Below the pieces are notes generated by a model. It saw nothing but the letters and a program-made list of their open reading frames with translations. It was not told where the DNA came from and searched no databases. A DNA stretch of 64,000 nt from positions 169 through 64,168 of the forward strand of contig CAMNCL010000002.1 of assembly GCA_946534345.1 (NCBI GenBank), in the 5' to 3' direction. This document shows positions 51,421 through 62,109 of the stretch, piece after piece (positions within the stretch are counted from its first letter, which is position 1; every line of letters starts with the position of its first letter). The position numbers were made by a program, and so were the translations under genes. Origin of the DNA: an uncultured Bacillales bacterium (GTDB taxonomy: Bacteria; Bacillota_I; Bacilli_A; RF39; UBA660).

Positions 51421-53484
51421 ATGAAGAAGTTTTCTAAGTTTATTTCTAATCATAATATATTAATTCTAATAGTTAGTATATTATTATTAATACCATCGAT
51501 ATATTTTTATCTTAATACTAGAATTAATTATGATATATTAGTATACCTTCCGGAAAAGATTGATACTATTAAAGGTCAAAATATTTTAGCAAATGACTTT
51601 GGATTAGGAAGTTATGCTTATGTAATGATTGATACTAAGGATGAATATAAGTTATCTAAGATGGAAGATAATATTAGAGACATCAAAGGAGTAAATGAAG
51701 TTATTAGTATCTATGATTTGATTGGTACTACTATACCTAAAGATATGTTACCTGATAAAGTAATAGATAAATTATATGATGATAATACAACCATTATGAT
51801 GGTTACTTTTAAGAAGAATACATCAGATGATGAAACAATTGAAGCAGTAAGAAGCTTAAGAGAAGAAGTAGGGGATGCTTCAAGAGTTAGTAGTATGACT
51901 TCTATGGTTATTGATACTATGGACTTGTCTGATAGTGAAATGCTTACTTATATTGTAATTGCAGTAATACTTTGTTTAATAGTTTTAACTTTTGCGACTG
52001 ATTCTTATATAATTCCTGGATTATTACTATTAAATATAGGAATGGCTATTGTCTACAATATGGGTACTAATATTTTCTTTGGACAAATCAGTTATATTAC
52101 TAAGGCAATAGTTGCGGTATTACAACTTGGAGTAACAACAGACTTTTCGATATTCTTATATCATAAATATATGATGGCTAAAGGAAAGATGAAAGATAAG
52201 AAAGAAGCAATGGCTAGTGCTATTAAAGATACATTTCAGTCAGTTATTGGTTCTTCATTAACTACTTTTGTAGGTTTCTTAGCTTTGTGTACTATGGATC
52301 TTACTCTAGGTACTGATATAGGTTTAGTTATGTCTAAAGGTGTATTATTTGGATTAATCTGTGTTATGACAGTTTTTCCAGCACTTTTACTTACATTTGA
52401 TAATTTAATTGAAAAGACAGAACATAAGAAATTATTTCCTGAGTTTAAGAAAATTCAAGAGTTCTCGCTTAAGTTTTATAAGATATTATTTGTAGTATTT
52501 ATTCTTCTTATGATACCAGCTTATATTGGAAATAAGAGTTATGATGTCTATTATAAATTAGATGATTCTCTACCTAGTGATTTACCATTTCATGTAGCTA
52601 ATTCAGAACTTGCTAATAGGTTTGGTATTAAGTCAGCTGAAATTGCGATTATAAATAAGAACATAAAACAATCTAGGGTAGAAGAATTAGTTGATGAATT
52701 AAAAGATGTCAAAGGAATAGATATGGTTTTAGCTCCTAATACATTAGTAAGTGAAGATGTAAAAGATTTACTTCCAAAAGAAGCGTTGGATATAATAGAT
52801 AATGATAAATATCAATTGATTATAATGAATTCAAATTATGAAATAGCTAGTACTAAATTGAATAAACAAGTAGTACAAGTAGAAGATATTATTAAGAAAT
52901 ACGATAGTAAAGGTATAGTTGCCGGTGAAGGAGCTTTAATGAAAGACTTGGTAACTATAGCTGATCATGATTTCCATATGGTTAATTACACATCAATTGC
53001 TGTTATATTTATTGTTATGTTACTAGTACTAAAGTCAATAGGATTGCCAATAGTATTAATTATAGCGATTGAGTTTGCAATATTTGCGAATATGGCTTGT
53101 GCCTATTTTACAGGTACAAAATTACCATTTGTTGCGAGTATCGTAGTTGGAACTATTCAGTTAGGAGCTACAATAGATTATGCAATTCTAATGTCTACTA
53201 AATATTTAGAAGAAAGACATAATAAGAAACGTGAAAAACATAAAGCAATGGAAAAGACATTAAAAAATACAGTTCCATCAATTATAACGTCAGCCTTATG
53301 TTTCTTCGCGGCTACTATTGGAGTAGGTCTATATACAAAGATCGATATGATAGGTTCTATTTGTAACTTATTAGCTAGAGGTTCAATTATAAGTATGTTA
53401 GTAGTAATTCTAGTTCTACCAGCACTACTTATGATATTTGATAAATTTATTATGAAAACAACTCGTTTTAAGGAGGGTAAATAA
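51421..53484 (+). CDS. MMPL/RND family transporter
   Basis: Two TM repeats with QLGVTTDFSIF and QLGATIDYAIL; ATG 51421 follows AAGGAG. Confidence 0.9.
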   Translation: MKKFSKFISNHNILILIVSILLLIPSIYFYLNTRINYDILVYLPEKIDTIKGQNILANDFGLGSYAYVMIDTKDEYKLSKMEDNIRDIKGVNEVISIYDLIGTTIPKDMLPDKVIDKLYDDNTTIMMVTFKKNTSDDETIEAVRSLREEVGDASRVSSMTSMVIDTMDLSDSEMLTYIVIAVILCLIVLTFATDSYIIPGLLLLNIGMAIVYNMGTNIFFGQISYITKAIVAVLQLGVTTDFSIFLYHKYMMAKGKMKDKKEAMASAIKDTFQSVIGSSLTTFVGFLALCTMDLTLGTDIGLVMSKGVLFGLICVMTVFPALLLTFDNLIEKTEHKKLFPEFKKIQEFSLKFYKILFVVFILLMIPAYIGNKSYDVYYKLDDSLPSDLPFHVANSELANRFGIKSAEIAIINKNIKQSRVEELVDELKDVKGIDMVLAPNTLVSEDVKDLLPKEALDIIDNDKYQLIIMNSNYEIASTKLNKQVVQVEDIIKKYDSKGIVAGEGALMKDLVTIADHDFHMVNYTSIAVIFIVMLLVLKSIGLPIVLIIAIEFAIFANMACAYFTGTKLPFVASIVVGTIQLGATIDYAILMSTKYLEERHNKKREKHKAMEKTLKNTVPSIITSALCFFAATIGVGLYTKIDMIGSICNLLARGSIISMLVVILVLPALLMIFDKFIMKTTRFKEGK

Positions 53485-53485
53485 T

Positions 53486-55159
53486 ATGAAAAAAATTAAT
53501 AAAATATTTGTAGGAGTACTAAGTTTAACATTATTAAACCCAGTAAATAGCTATGCTTTAGAAAAAACTGAAATGGTTCATGCTAGTCTCGACTATACTG
53601 GTAATGTTAAAAATACTATTGTTAATACAAAACTAACTAAGATTGATTCAGGAGACATAGTTGATTATACATATTTAACTGATATTAAGAATTTAAATGG
53701 TGATGAAAAATTCTCTTTTGATAAAGAAAAATTAACTTGGAAATCTACTGGTAAAGATATTTCTTATCAAGGAAAGATTAATAGTGAATTACCAATTAAA
53801 GTTAGTGCTAAATACTATTTAAATAATGAAGAAGTTAATCCTAAAAATATAACTGGTAAGAAAGGTACTATTAGAATTGAATATGATTTAACTAATACTA
53901 GTATAGTTAATGGTATGCATACACCATTTGTAGTTAGTTATGTATCTATGTTAAATAATAAAACTACTTCTAATATTTCAGTTAATACTGGTAAAGTAGT
54001 ATCAACTGGTAGTAAGAATGTTGTGATTGGAGTAGCTGCTCCAGGACTTTATAATGATTTAGGTTTAAGTGAATTAAAAGATATGAATAAAGTTATTGTT
54101 ACATATGATACTACTAAATTTGAAATGAATGATTCATATTTAGTAATGACTCCTAAGTTATTAGATGATATAGATATTTCTAAATTAAATAAAGTAGATG
54201 AATTAAATAGTTCTCTAAATACTCTACAAGATGGAATGAATAAGTTAGAAAATGGATCTAAAGAACTTACAAATGGTTCTAATGAATTAGATAATGGAAT
54301 GAATAGTTTAACTACTGGAATAGACAAAGCATTAGAAGGATCAAAACAAATTACTAATGGTCTTACTATGGTAAAAGATGGTTCATCTAAAATAGAATCA
54401 TTAACTACATTAGTAGATAGTTTATATAGTAGTTATAATGAAAATAAAGGTTTAATCGAAATGATTTCAAGTGGTAAAGCTTCTGCTCAATATGAACAAG
54501 GTATTAAAGATGCAACTATGGCTAAAACTGATTTAGAAAATAAATTATCTCAGGTTAATGCAGGAATTAGTCAGTTAGAACAAGGAGAACAAGCAGGAGT
54601 ACTTACAGAAGAACAAAAAGCACAACTTAATACTTTAAGAGGACAAAAGACTCAGTTAGAAGCAGGTATTAAACAATATGCAGAAGGAATTGCTAAAGCA
54701 GAAAGTGATTTAGCTAGTTTACCTGTAAAAGCCGCAGCTCTAGATGGTGCTAATCAAGTAATAGAAAAAGTATTAATGGGAGTACTAGGAATAGATAATA
54801 AAGATTATATTAATGATCAAACTATTAATACATTTAAAGAACAAATAAATACTCTAGTAGGAGGAATTAATAGTCTACAAACTGGTTCTAATGAACTTAC
54901 TAATGGTTTAAATGAATTAAGTAATGGTTCAAAGAAATTAAAAGATGGAACTAATAGTTTAAAGAATGGTTCAAGTGAACTAAGTAACGGAATTACTAAG
55001 ATAAATAATGAAGGTATTAAGAAACTATCAAGCTATGGTTCTAAATTAACTAACTATTCAAATAAAGTAAAAACATTAGTAAGATTATCTAAAAATTATA
55101 ATGGTTTTGCTAGTGAAAATAGTGATAGTACTGTATTTATTTATAAACTAACTAAATAG
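53486..55159 (+). CDS. YhgE/Pip-like secreted coiled-coil protein with xxxLxxG heptads
   Basis: Signal peptide; LQDG/LENG/LTNG heptad repeats; directly follows the MMPL gene. Confidence 0.75.
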   Translation: MKKINKIFVGVLSLTLLNPVNSYALEKTEMVHASLDYTGNVKNTIVNTKLTKIDSGDIVDYTYLTDIKNLNGDEKFSFDKEKLTWKSTGKDISYQGKINSELPIKVSAKYYLNNEEVNPKNITGKKGTIRIEYDLTNTSIVNGMHTPFVVSYVSMLNNKTTSNISVNTGKVVSTGSKNVVIGVAAPGLYNDLGLSELKDMNKVIVTYDTTKFEMNDSYLVMTPKLLDDIDISKLNKVDELNSSLNTLQDGMNKLENGSKELTNGSNELDNGMNSLTTGIDKALEGSKQITNGLTMVKDGSSKIESLTTLVDSLYSSYNENKGLIEMISSGKASAQYEQGIKDATMAKTDLENKLSQVNAGISQLEQGEQAGVLTEEQKAQLNTLRGQKTQLEAGIKQYAEGIAKAESDLASLPVKAAALDGANQVIEKVLMGVLGIDNKDYINDQTINTFKEQINTLVGGINSLQTGSNELTNGLNELSNGSKKLKDGTNSLKNGSSELSNGITKINNEGIKKLSSYGSKLTNYSNKVKTLVRLSKNYNGFASENSDSTVFIYKLTK

Positions 55160-55238
55160 TATGTCAACACAAAAAGGTTGACATACTTTTTCTTTTGTGT
55201 TATGATGAATTCGAATTTGAGGAGAAAGGAGTGAGAAT

Positions 55239-55334
55239 ATGATTTGGAAATTAAATGATTTATATAATATTTTTAGTTGTGACTATTGTGGGAATGATAG
55301 GTGTATTCTCACTGCTTTAATGCATACAAAATAG
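55239..55334 (+). CDS. 31-aa putative leader peptide MIWKLNDLYNIFSCDYCGNDRCILTALMHTK (not in the ORF track)
   Basis: AAAGGAG RBS; stop codon overlaps the terminator stem. Confidence 0.55.
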   Translation: MIWKLNDLYNIFSCDYCGNDRCILTALMHTK

Positions 55335-55358
55335 TCACTTCGGTGACTTTTTATTTTT
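55333..55358 (+). terminator. Attenuator terminator upstream of the ABC exporter
   Basis: agtcac-ttcg-gtgact plus T-rich run, ~20 nt before the ATG at 55377. Confidence 0.75.
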
Positions 55359-55376
55359 ATAAAGAGGTGATAAGAT

Positions 55377-57110
55377 ATGAAGAAGTTTTCAACTTTTAAG
55401 GTATTACTTCATTACTTAAAAGATGACAAACTAAAACTATCTATCTATATCTTCTTAGTATTAATAACTTATCTACCATCTCTTTTATCAGCCTTCTTTT
55501 GGGGATTTGCTTTAGAAAGGCTAATTGAAAAGGACCTCTATGGTTTTATAATGTATTTAGGATTATGGGAAGGTTTATTTATACTTTTCTATACTATATT
55601 ACAAATACCTAGAGATAGTCTATATAATTACTTAGAGATTAAATTTACTAGAGAAGTTAGTAAAGATTTATATAAAAAGATTGATAATTTACCAGCAAGA
55701 GCTTTTGAAGACATTGGGGTTGGAGAGTTTATAAATAGATTATATACAGATCCAGATAGAGTAATGTCTCTCTTAGGACAAATGATTAAATTAATCTGTA
55801 AAGCTTTTGTGATAATACTAGTTTTAGTTATGTCATTTAAAATATCATTACTTTTAGGTACTGAAGTATTAGTATTTGGTATTATAATGGGATTTATTTC
55901 AATGAAATTCTTCCCAAGAATAAAAAGTACACAAGAAAATATAAAGAAAGAATCAGACAATTATGTTAAAGTAGCAACTGAAAATATTACAGGAATTAGA
56001 GAAATAAAATCATTAGGAATTAAAAAAAATATTGAAAATAATATTTATAGTATTTTAGATAGTTTGTTTAATCATACTAAACAGATTAAAAAGTATGAAG
56101 TAATGTACTTTAGTCTAAATAATCTAGCTTATTTTACATTACAATTTATTATATTATTAACTGCAGGATATTATACTATCCATGGACATATTGCATATAG
56201 TGTGTTTATAGTCTTAGAAAAGTATATCTGGAGAATAGATGATGTAGTAGAAAGTCTATCAGACTTTGGAGTTAACTATAATAAAGTAACTGTTTCACTT
56301 AAAAGAATAGGTGAGATTGTTAATAATGAGTTATATGAAGATGAAAAATTTGGTAATAGAAAATTATCTAAAGTTAAAGGAACAATATCTTTTGAAGATG
56401 TTATCTTCCGTTATAGAGAAGATGAATCTAATACTTTAAAAGGTTTATCATTAAATATTGAACCTAAAAAGAAAATAGCTATTGTTGGTCGTAGTGGTAA
56501 TGGTAAAAGTACTATATTTAACTTATTATTACGTTACTTTGATGCAACTGAAGGAACTATTAAGATAGATAATGTTAATATTAAAAATCTAAGTGAAAAA
56601 ACACTTAGAAATAATATATCTATTATTAGACAATCACCATTCTTATTTAATTTATCTATTATAGATAACTTTAGATTAGTTAAAGAAAATGTTACTTTAG
56701 AAGAAATTAGAAAAGTATGTAAAAAAGCATACATTGATGACTATATCATGAGCTTACCTAATAAATATGAAACAATTATTGGAGAAGGTGGAGTCAACTT
56801 AAGTGGTGGTCAAAAGCAAAGATTAGCGATTGCTAGAACATTACTATTAAATACTAAAATAATATTATTTGATGAAGCAACTTCTGCTCTTGATAATGAA
56901 AGTCAAGAGTATATTAAAAAGACAATTGATGAATTAGTTAAAGATCATACAGTTGTTATTGTTGCACATAGATTAAGTACTATAGTAGATGCAGATACAA
57001 TTCATGTTATTGATAAAGGAAAATTAGCTGCATCTGGTACTCATAAAGAACTATTAAAATCAAGTAAAGTATATAAAGGATTATATAATTCAGAATCCTC
57101 AAGTTCATAA
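55377..57110 (+). CDS. ABC exporter, fused TMD plus NBD (multidrug type)
   Basis: GRSGNGKST, LSGGQKQR, FDEATSALD, AHRLST. Confidence 0.93.
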   Translation: MKKFSTFKVLLHYLKDDKLKLSIYIFLVLITYLPSLLSAFFWGFALERLIEKDLYGFIMYLGLWEGLFILFYTILQIPRDSLYNYLEIKFTREVSKDLYKKIDNLPARAFEDIGVGEFINRLYTDPDRVMSLLGQMIKLICKAFVIILVLVMSFKISLLLGTEVLVFGIIMGFISMKFFPRIKSTQENIKKESDNYVKVATENITGIREIKSLGIKKNIENNIYSILDSLFNHTKQIKKYEVMYFSLNNLAYFTLQFIILLTAGYYTIHGHIAYSVFIVLEKYIWRIDDVVESLSDFGVNYNKVTVSLKRIGEIVNNELYEDEKFGNRKLSKVKGTISFEDVIFRYREDESNTLKGLSLNIEPKKKIAIVGRSGNGKSTIFNLLLRYFDATEGTIKIDNVNIKNLSEKTLRNNISIIRQSPFLFNLSIIDNFRLVKENVTLEEIRKVCKKAYIDDYIMSLPNKYETIIGEGGVNLSGGQKQRLAIARTLLLNTKIILFDEATSALDNESQEYIKKTIDELVKDHTVVIVAHRLSTIVDADTIHVIDKGKLAASGTHKELLKSSKVYKGLYNSESSSS

Positions 57111-57127
57111 AAAAAGAAGATAAATAA

Positions 57128-57622
57128 TTATCTTCTTTTTTCTTTTTCTGTTTGTAAGTCATTATTTAATGAATCAATTGAAACATCTAAGTCCATTAGA
57201 TTGTTGAAATCTACATCTTTTAAACTATTATTATCAGGATCTTTTTTATAATTCTTATTGTTACGAACTATTTTATATGATTTACCATTTAAATGAACAT
57301 TATAATTAGCCTCTACATTATCTGATTTACAAGCACAAGCAATTGAGAATAATGATTTAGCTATATTGTCTAGTCCTGTTACATAACCAACAATAGCTTT
57401 ATTAGTATTTTCATTTACTTTTAATCCATAATAGTCAGTAAATGTCATATCTTTAGTATGGCAATTCATTTCTCTTTTAACACTTGATCCTAAATCTGCT
57501 GCTTCTTCATCTTGAAATAAATAACAGTAATCAACTCCGTTGTAACACATATACATACGATATGAAACAATATCGTTATTTAATTTAATTGGTTCAATAA
57601 AACTATCAACAGTTTTTCTCAT
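57128..57622 (-). CDS. Hypothetical protein with a basic C-terminal tail
   Basis: 164 aa ending EKEKRR; GGGGG RBS and its own promoter. Confidence 0.7.
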   Translation of the reverse strand: MRKTVDSFIEPIKLNNDIVSYRMYMCYNGVDYCYLFQDEEAADLGSSVKREMNCHTKDMTFTDYYGLKVNENTNKAIVGYVTGLDNIAKSLFSIACACKSDNVEANYNVHLNGKSYKIVRNNKNYKKDPDNNSLKDVDFNNLMDLDVSIDSLNNDLQTEKEKRR

Positions 57623-57708
57623 ATAATCGCCCCCAAGTACCGCATATTATAACATAAATAGTTTGTTTTTTCAAGGGATATGCTATAATAATACTAGGAG
57701 ATGATTTT

Positions 57709-59322
57709 ATGAAGAAAAATGGAACTTTTATAAGTGTCTTAGTAACACTAATTTATACTTTAGTAGTATATTATTTATTATTTCCTAGTCTTAATATACA
57801 CAGTTGGAGTTTTTGGATTTTCATAATTAGTATTATGATAGTATTTGCTTCACTTATGTCTGTATTAACTCTAGGAATAGCTTTATCAGAATTATTTACT
57901 GGAGTAAAAAGAAGAAAGAAGATAGGTTATTATAAAATATTTATTGTAATACCTGTAATTGTATTATTAATTATAGTACTTAACTTTTTCTTGTCACCGT
58001 TGTTTAATGCTAAAACTTATTATAAGAGAATTGTTGTTGATGAAACAGGGGAGTTTACTACTGATATAAAAGAAGTAGACTTTAATAAATTACCTTTATT
58101 AGATAGAGATTCATCTGAAAAATTAGGTGATAGAGTAATGGGTCAAATGAGTGAATTAGTTTCTCAATTTGATGTAAGTGATCAATATACTCAAATTAAT
58201 TATAATGATGAAATAATTAGAGTTACTCCTCTAGAATATAATGGTGCAATTAAATGGTTGACTAATAGAGGAAAAGGTATTACTGGTTATATTACTGTTA
58301 ATTCTACAACTGGTAAAGCAAAACTAGTTAAATTAAAAAAAGGTATGAAGTATGCCCCTAGTGGATTATTCAATGAAAACTTATATCGTAAATTACAATT
58401 TAAATATCCTACATTTAATTTTGGGGCAGTAGACTTTGAAATAGATAATGAAGGTAATCCATACTGGGTTGCTAGTGTTATTAAATATGCGGGAGTTGGA
58501 TTACGAAGAGAAGTAACAGGAGTAGTTATCTTTAATCCAATTAATGGTAAGAGTAAATATTATAAAGCAAAAGATGTTCCTAAATGGGTTGATCACGTGT
58601 ATGAGGCGGATTTAATACTTGAACAAGTAAATGACTGGGGTAGTTATAAAAATGGCTTTATTAACTCTTTAATTAGTCAAAAAGGAGTAGTTAAGACTAC
58701 TGAAGGATATAATTACTTAGCTCAAGATGATGATGTATATTTATATACTGGTATTACTTCAGTTATAAGCGATGAATCAAACATTGGATTTATATTAACT
58801 AATATGCGTACTAAAGAAACTAAATTCTATGGAGTTGCGGGAGCAGAAGAGTTTAGCGCTATGGAGTCAGCTAAAGGACAAGTACAACAAATGAATTATA
58901 CTTCTACATTCCCATTATTAATTAATTTAAATAATAAACCAACTTATTTAGTATCTTTAAAAGATAATGCTGGATTAGTTAAAATGTATGGTTTTGTAGA
59001 TGTAGAAGATTATCAAAAGGTAGTTGTTACTGATAGTAGTAAAGGTATTATTAAAGCTAGTGAAGCTTATTTAAATGATGTAGGTGAAGATACAAGTGGC
59101 GCTAAACTAGAAAAGAATATTGTGGTTAATAATTTAGTAACTGCTTCAATAGATGGAAATACATACTATTACTTTACTGATCAAGATAATCAAAAATATA
59201 AAGTATCTATAAAAATAGATAAAAATAACTTGCCATTTATAAGTAACGGAACTGCTTTAAAAGTAAAATATACAAAAGAAGCAAGTGTAATAAGTATCGT
59301 TGAACTAGAATTATTAGATTAA
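57709..59322 (+). CDS. Hypothetical membrane protein (3 N-terminal TMs plus large external domain)
   Basis: 537-aa ORF with AGGAG RBS. Confidence 0.75.
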   Translation: MKKNGTFISVLVTLIYTLVVYYLLFPSLNIHSWSFWIFIISIMIVFASLMSVLTLGIALSELFTGVKRRKKIGYYKIFIVIPVIVLLIIVLNFFLSPLFNAKTYYKRIVVDETGEFTTDIKEVDFNKLPLLDRDSSEKLGDRVMGQMSELVSQFDVSDQYTQINYNDEIIRVTPLEYNGAIKWLTNRGKGITGYITVNSTTGKAKLVKLKKGMKYAPSGLFNENLYRKLQFKYPTFNFGAVDFEIDNEGNPYWVASVIKYAGVGLRREVTGVVIFNPINGKSKYYKAKDVPKWVDHVYEADLILEQVNDWGSYKNGFINSLISQKGVVKTTEGYNYLAQDDDVYLYTGITSVISDESNIGFILTNMRTKETKFYGVAGAEEFSAMESAKGQVQQMNYTSTFPLLINLNNKPTYLVSLKDNAGLVKMYGFVDVEDYQKVVVTDSSKGIIKASEAYLNDVGEDTSGAKLEKNIVVNNLVTASIDGNTYYYFTDQDNQKYKVSIKIDKNNLPFISNGTALKVKYTKEASVISIVELELLD

Positions 59323-59350
59323 AAAAAGCACATATCAATTGATATGTGTT

Positions 59351-60325
59351 TTATTGTACATTGATTAATTTAGCATGTATTACTCGTCTTCCTTTATTAT
59401 CATTAGTACAAGTAGATAGAGTAATAATAGAATCACTTGTATTAACTGAAACATTAACTGGTAATTTATTTCTAGATGAAATTTTATCTAAAAACATTTG
59501 ATATTCATCATCAGTAAAAAAATTAGTTTGTAAGTAATAAGTTTCAGGTTTAATAGTATATCCAGAAAATACTTGATAAGTATATAGTTTATATTCATCT
59601 GTTAATACATATATTTTTATATCAGAATGCTTATTCTTAAATAATTTTACTAAACTACCAAAGGATGTATTATTAATTAAATTATGTCCATAAAATATTG
59701 TATTTTGATCAGTTAGTTTATCATTTCTATAATCCATAAAAGTCCATCCACCAACAGAATAAGCTTTATCAAAAGAATGAGATAAGTAATAATCATTATC
59801 ATCTGCTTGAACTATTGGATAATTAATATTAGTTCCTTCTACAGTTAACCAAGCTATTGTATTATTATTCTTTTCTTTTAAAGAATCAAAATTAATATCA
59901 TTTATAGAATATTTACCATACATTCTATATAAATTTAAATCTTTACTTAATAAATAGTTTTCTTCTTTTTTCTGCTGAGTCTCTTTCACAATTGGTTTAA
60001 TTCCATTAAATGAAGATGTTTGGAAATAACTAGTATTATCTATATGTAATGTATCAAATATATAGATAGCACATAAGAACCATATAATTACCATAACAAC
60101 ATGAGAAGGATCTTCTCTAGCATTTTCAAAATAATTAGCTAATCTATTATTTATTTTGAGTGGTATTAATTTATTTATACTTCTAAATAGTTTTTCTAAA
60201 TAAAAGTAAAAACCTCTAGATAGAAATAGTGATAAAACACTAAAACCTTTAGTAAACATTTTAATGATATATATGGGTAAGAATAATACCTTTTTTATAT
60301 ATTTCATAATAGATAGTTTAATCAA
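59351..60325 (-). CDS. srtB: Class B sortase
   Basis: INYPIVQ..DNDYYL, IFYGHN, TLSTC..GRR; start may be ATG 60307. Confidence 0.88.
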   Translation of the reverse strand: MIKLSIMKYIKKVLFLPIYIIKMFTKGFSVLSLFLSRGFYFYLEKLFRSINKLIPLKINNRLANYFENAREDPSHVVMVIIWFLCAIYIFDTLHIDNTSYFQTSSFNGIKPIVKETQQKKEENYLLSKDLNLYRMYGKYSINDINFDSLKEKNNNTIAWLTVEGTNINYPIVQADDNDYYLSHSFDKAYSVGGWTFMDYRNDKLTDQNTIFYGHNLINNTSFGSLVKLFKNKHSDIKIYVLTDEYKLYTYQVFSGYTIKPETYYLQTNFFTDDEYQMFLDKISSRNKLPVNVSVNTSDSIITLSTCTNDNKGRRVIHAKLINVQ

Positions 60326-60617
60326 TCAAAAGAATAGGCTCATCATCATCTTCAGTATATGAAGTCTGAACATTTGCTATTTCAGTTTGATTAATAAATT
60401 GCGTATATTCATAATCAGGTTTTATTATTGGTATCGCAACTGTATAACCATTGTTTGGTTTCATTTCTTTATTTACAACTATCACTTGTTGAACTACATT
60501 TTGTTTTCTTCTTTCAGATTTAAAACCTTTCTTTTCAATGATAGTAGTAATTATACCAGTAATAATTGAACATACAATAATAATTGTTAAATATAAGTAT
60601 ATTATCATATATATCAT
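60318..60617 (-). CDS. Small membrane protein upstream of the sortase
   Basis: N-terminal TM; stop overlaps the sortase ORF start. Confidence 0.65.
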   Translation of the reverse strand: MIYMIIYLYLTIIIVCSIITGIITTIIEKKGFKSERRKQNVVQQVIVVNKEMKPNNGYTVAIPIIKPDYEYTQFINQTEIANVQTSYTEDDDEPILLID

Positions 60618-60861
60618 CTCACTATCTATATTTATATTATATTATAGATATTTAGAATTACATATATTTTACAGTATTTATTTTGTAAATAAATGTAAAT
60701 ATATAGTACAAAAGTGTAAAGCAATAACATAGATATTCGTAATCACATAATATACAAAAACAACATTATAATTACATTGGTTGGGCTTTATTTTTTAGGT
60801 GTTTACAAATATTTTTAAAATGATATAATTAATATATAAATAATAGAATAGGAGTGGTGTT

Positions 60862-62109
60862 GTGAGTAACATACATGTTACTAGTGAAATTGGTATACTA
60901 AAAAAAGTATTATTACATCGTCCAGGTAATGAGTTATTAAACTTAACTCCTGATACACTTGGAAGATTACTTTTTGATGATATTCCATTTCTACCTGATG
61001 CCCAAAAGGAACACGATCTTTTTGCAGCAGCATTAGAAGATAACGGAGTTGAAGTCGTATACCTAGAAGATTTGATGGCAGATGTCATTAGAGAGAACCC
61101 TAATATTAGGGAAAAGTTTATAAAACAATTTATAGAAGAAGCAGGAATCAATACTATTAAATATCAAAACTTAGTATTTGAATATTTAGATAAGATTGAA
61201 GATCCAAAAAAATTAGTTTTAAAAACTATGGAAGGAATCCAAGTAGGAGATATTCCTAAAAAACAACGTAATGTTGAAAAAACTTTAGTTGATTTAATAG
61301 ATACTCCTGATAAATTTATAGCTGATCCTATGCCAAATTTATACTTCACAAGAGATAATTTTGCATGCGTTGGTGAAGGAGTAGATATTAATCATATGTA
61401 TTCTGTGACTAGAAACAGAGAATGTATCTATGGAGAATATATCTTTAAATATCATAAAGATTATAAGAAAACTCCTCAATATTATAATAGAAGTTATAAT
61501 TGGAGAACTGAAGGTGGAGATTTATTAAATATTAATGATCATATTATTGCGATTGGGATTAGTCAGAGAACTGAACCGGCTGCGATTGATCAATTGGCTA
61601 AGAACTTCTTCAAAGATCCTGATTGTAAGATTGATACAGTTCTTGCATTTAATATTCCAGAATCACGTGCATTTATGCATTTAGATACAGTATTTACTCA
61701 AATAGATAAATATACATTTACTTATCATCCTGGAATTATGGGAACATTACAAGTGTTTGAGATTACAGAAGGATTTGATCCAGATACATTTGAAGATTTA
61801 AATGTTAAAGAAATAAATGCTCCATTAGAAGAAATATTAGAGAAGTATTTAAAACATGAAGTAACTCTAATTCCATGTGCTGGTGGAGATAAAGTGGCAA
61901 GTGAGAGAGAACAATGGAATGATGGATCTAATACATTATGTATTGCTCCTGGTACTGTTGTTGTCTATGATCGTAATGATGTAACTAATAAAGAACTTAA
62001 GAAAGCTGGAATTAAAGTAATTGAAATTCATGGTTCTGAATTAGGAAGAGGACGTGGAGGTCCTAGATGTATGTCTATGCCTTTAGTTAGGGAGGATGTA
62101 AAATGGTAG
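60862..62109 (+). CDS. arcA: Arginine deiminase
   Basis: SEIG.LK.VLLHRPG, PNLYFTRD, EGGD, MHLDT, GGPRCMS. Confidence 0.97.
   Translation: MSNIHVTSEIGILKKVLLHRPGNELLNLTPDTLGRLLFDDIPFLPDAQKEHDLFAAALEDNGVEVVYLEDLMADVIRENPNIREKFIKQFIEEAGINTIKYQNLVFEYLDKIEDPKKLVLKTMEGIQVGDIPKKQRNVEKTLVDLIDTPDKFIADPMPNLYFTRDNFACVGEGVDINHMYSVTRNRECIYGEYIFKYHKDYKKTPQYYNRSYNWRTEGGDLLNINDHIIAIGISQRTEPAAIDQLAKNFFKDPDCKIDTVLAFNIPESRAFMHLDTVFTQIDKYTFTYHPGIMGTLQVFEITEGFDPDTFEDLNVKEINAPLEEILEKYLKHEVTLIPCAGGDKVASEREQWNDGSNTLCIAPGTVVVYDRNDVTNKELKKAGIKVIEIHGSELGRGRGGPRCMSMPLVREDVKW

Noticed and set aside
60660-60860. ARG box or cre site upstream of arcA
   Set aside because: Only partial matches (e.g. tgtaaagcaataaca) in very AT-rich DNA; not supportable by eye.
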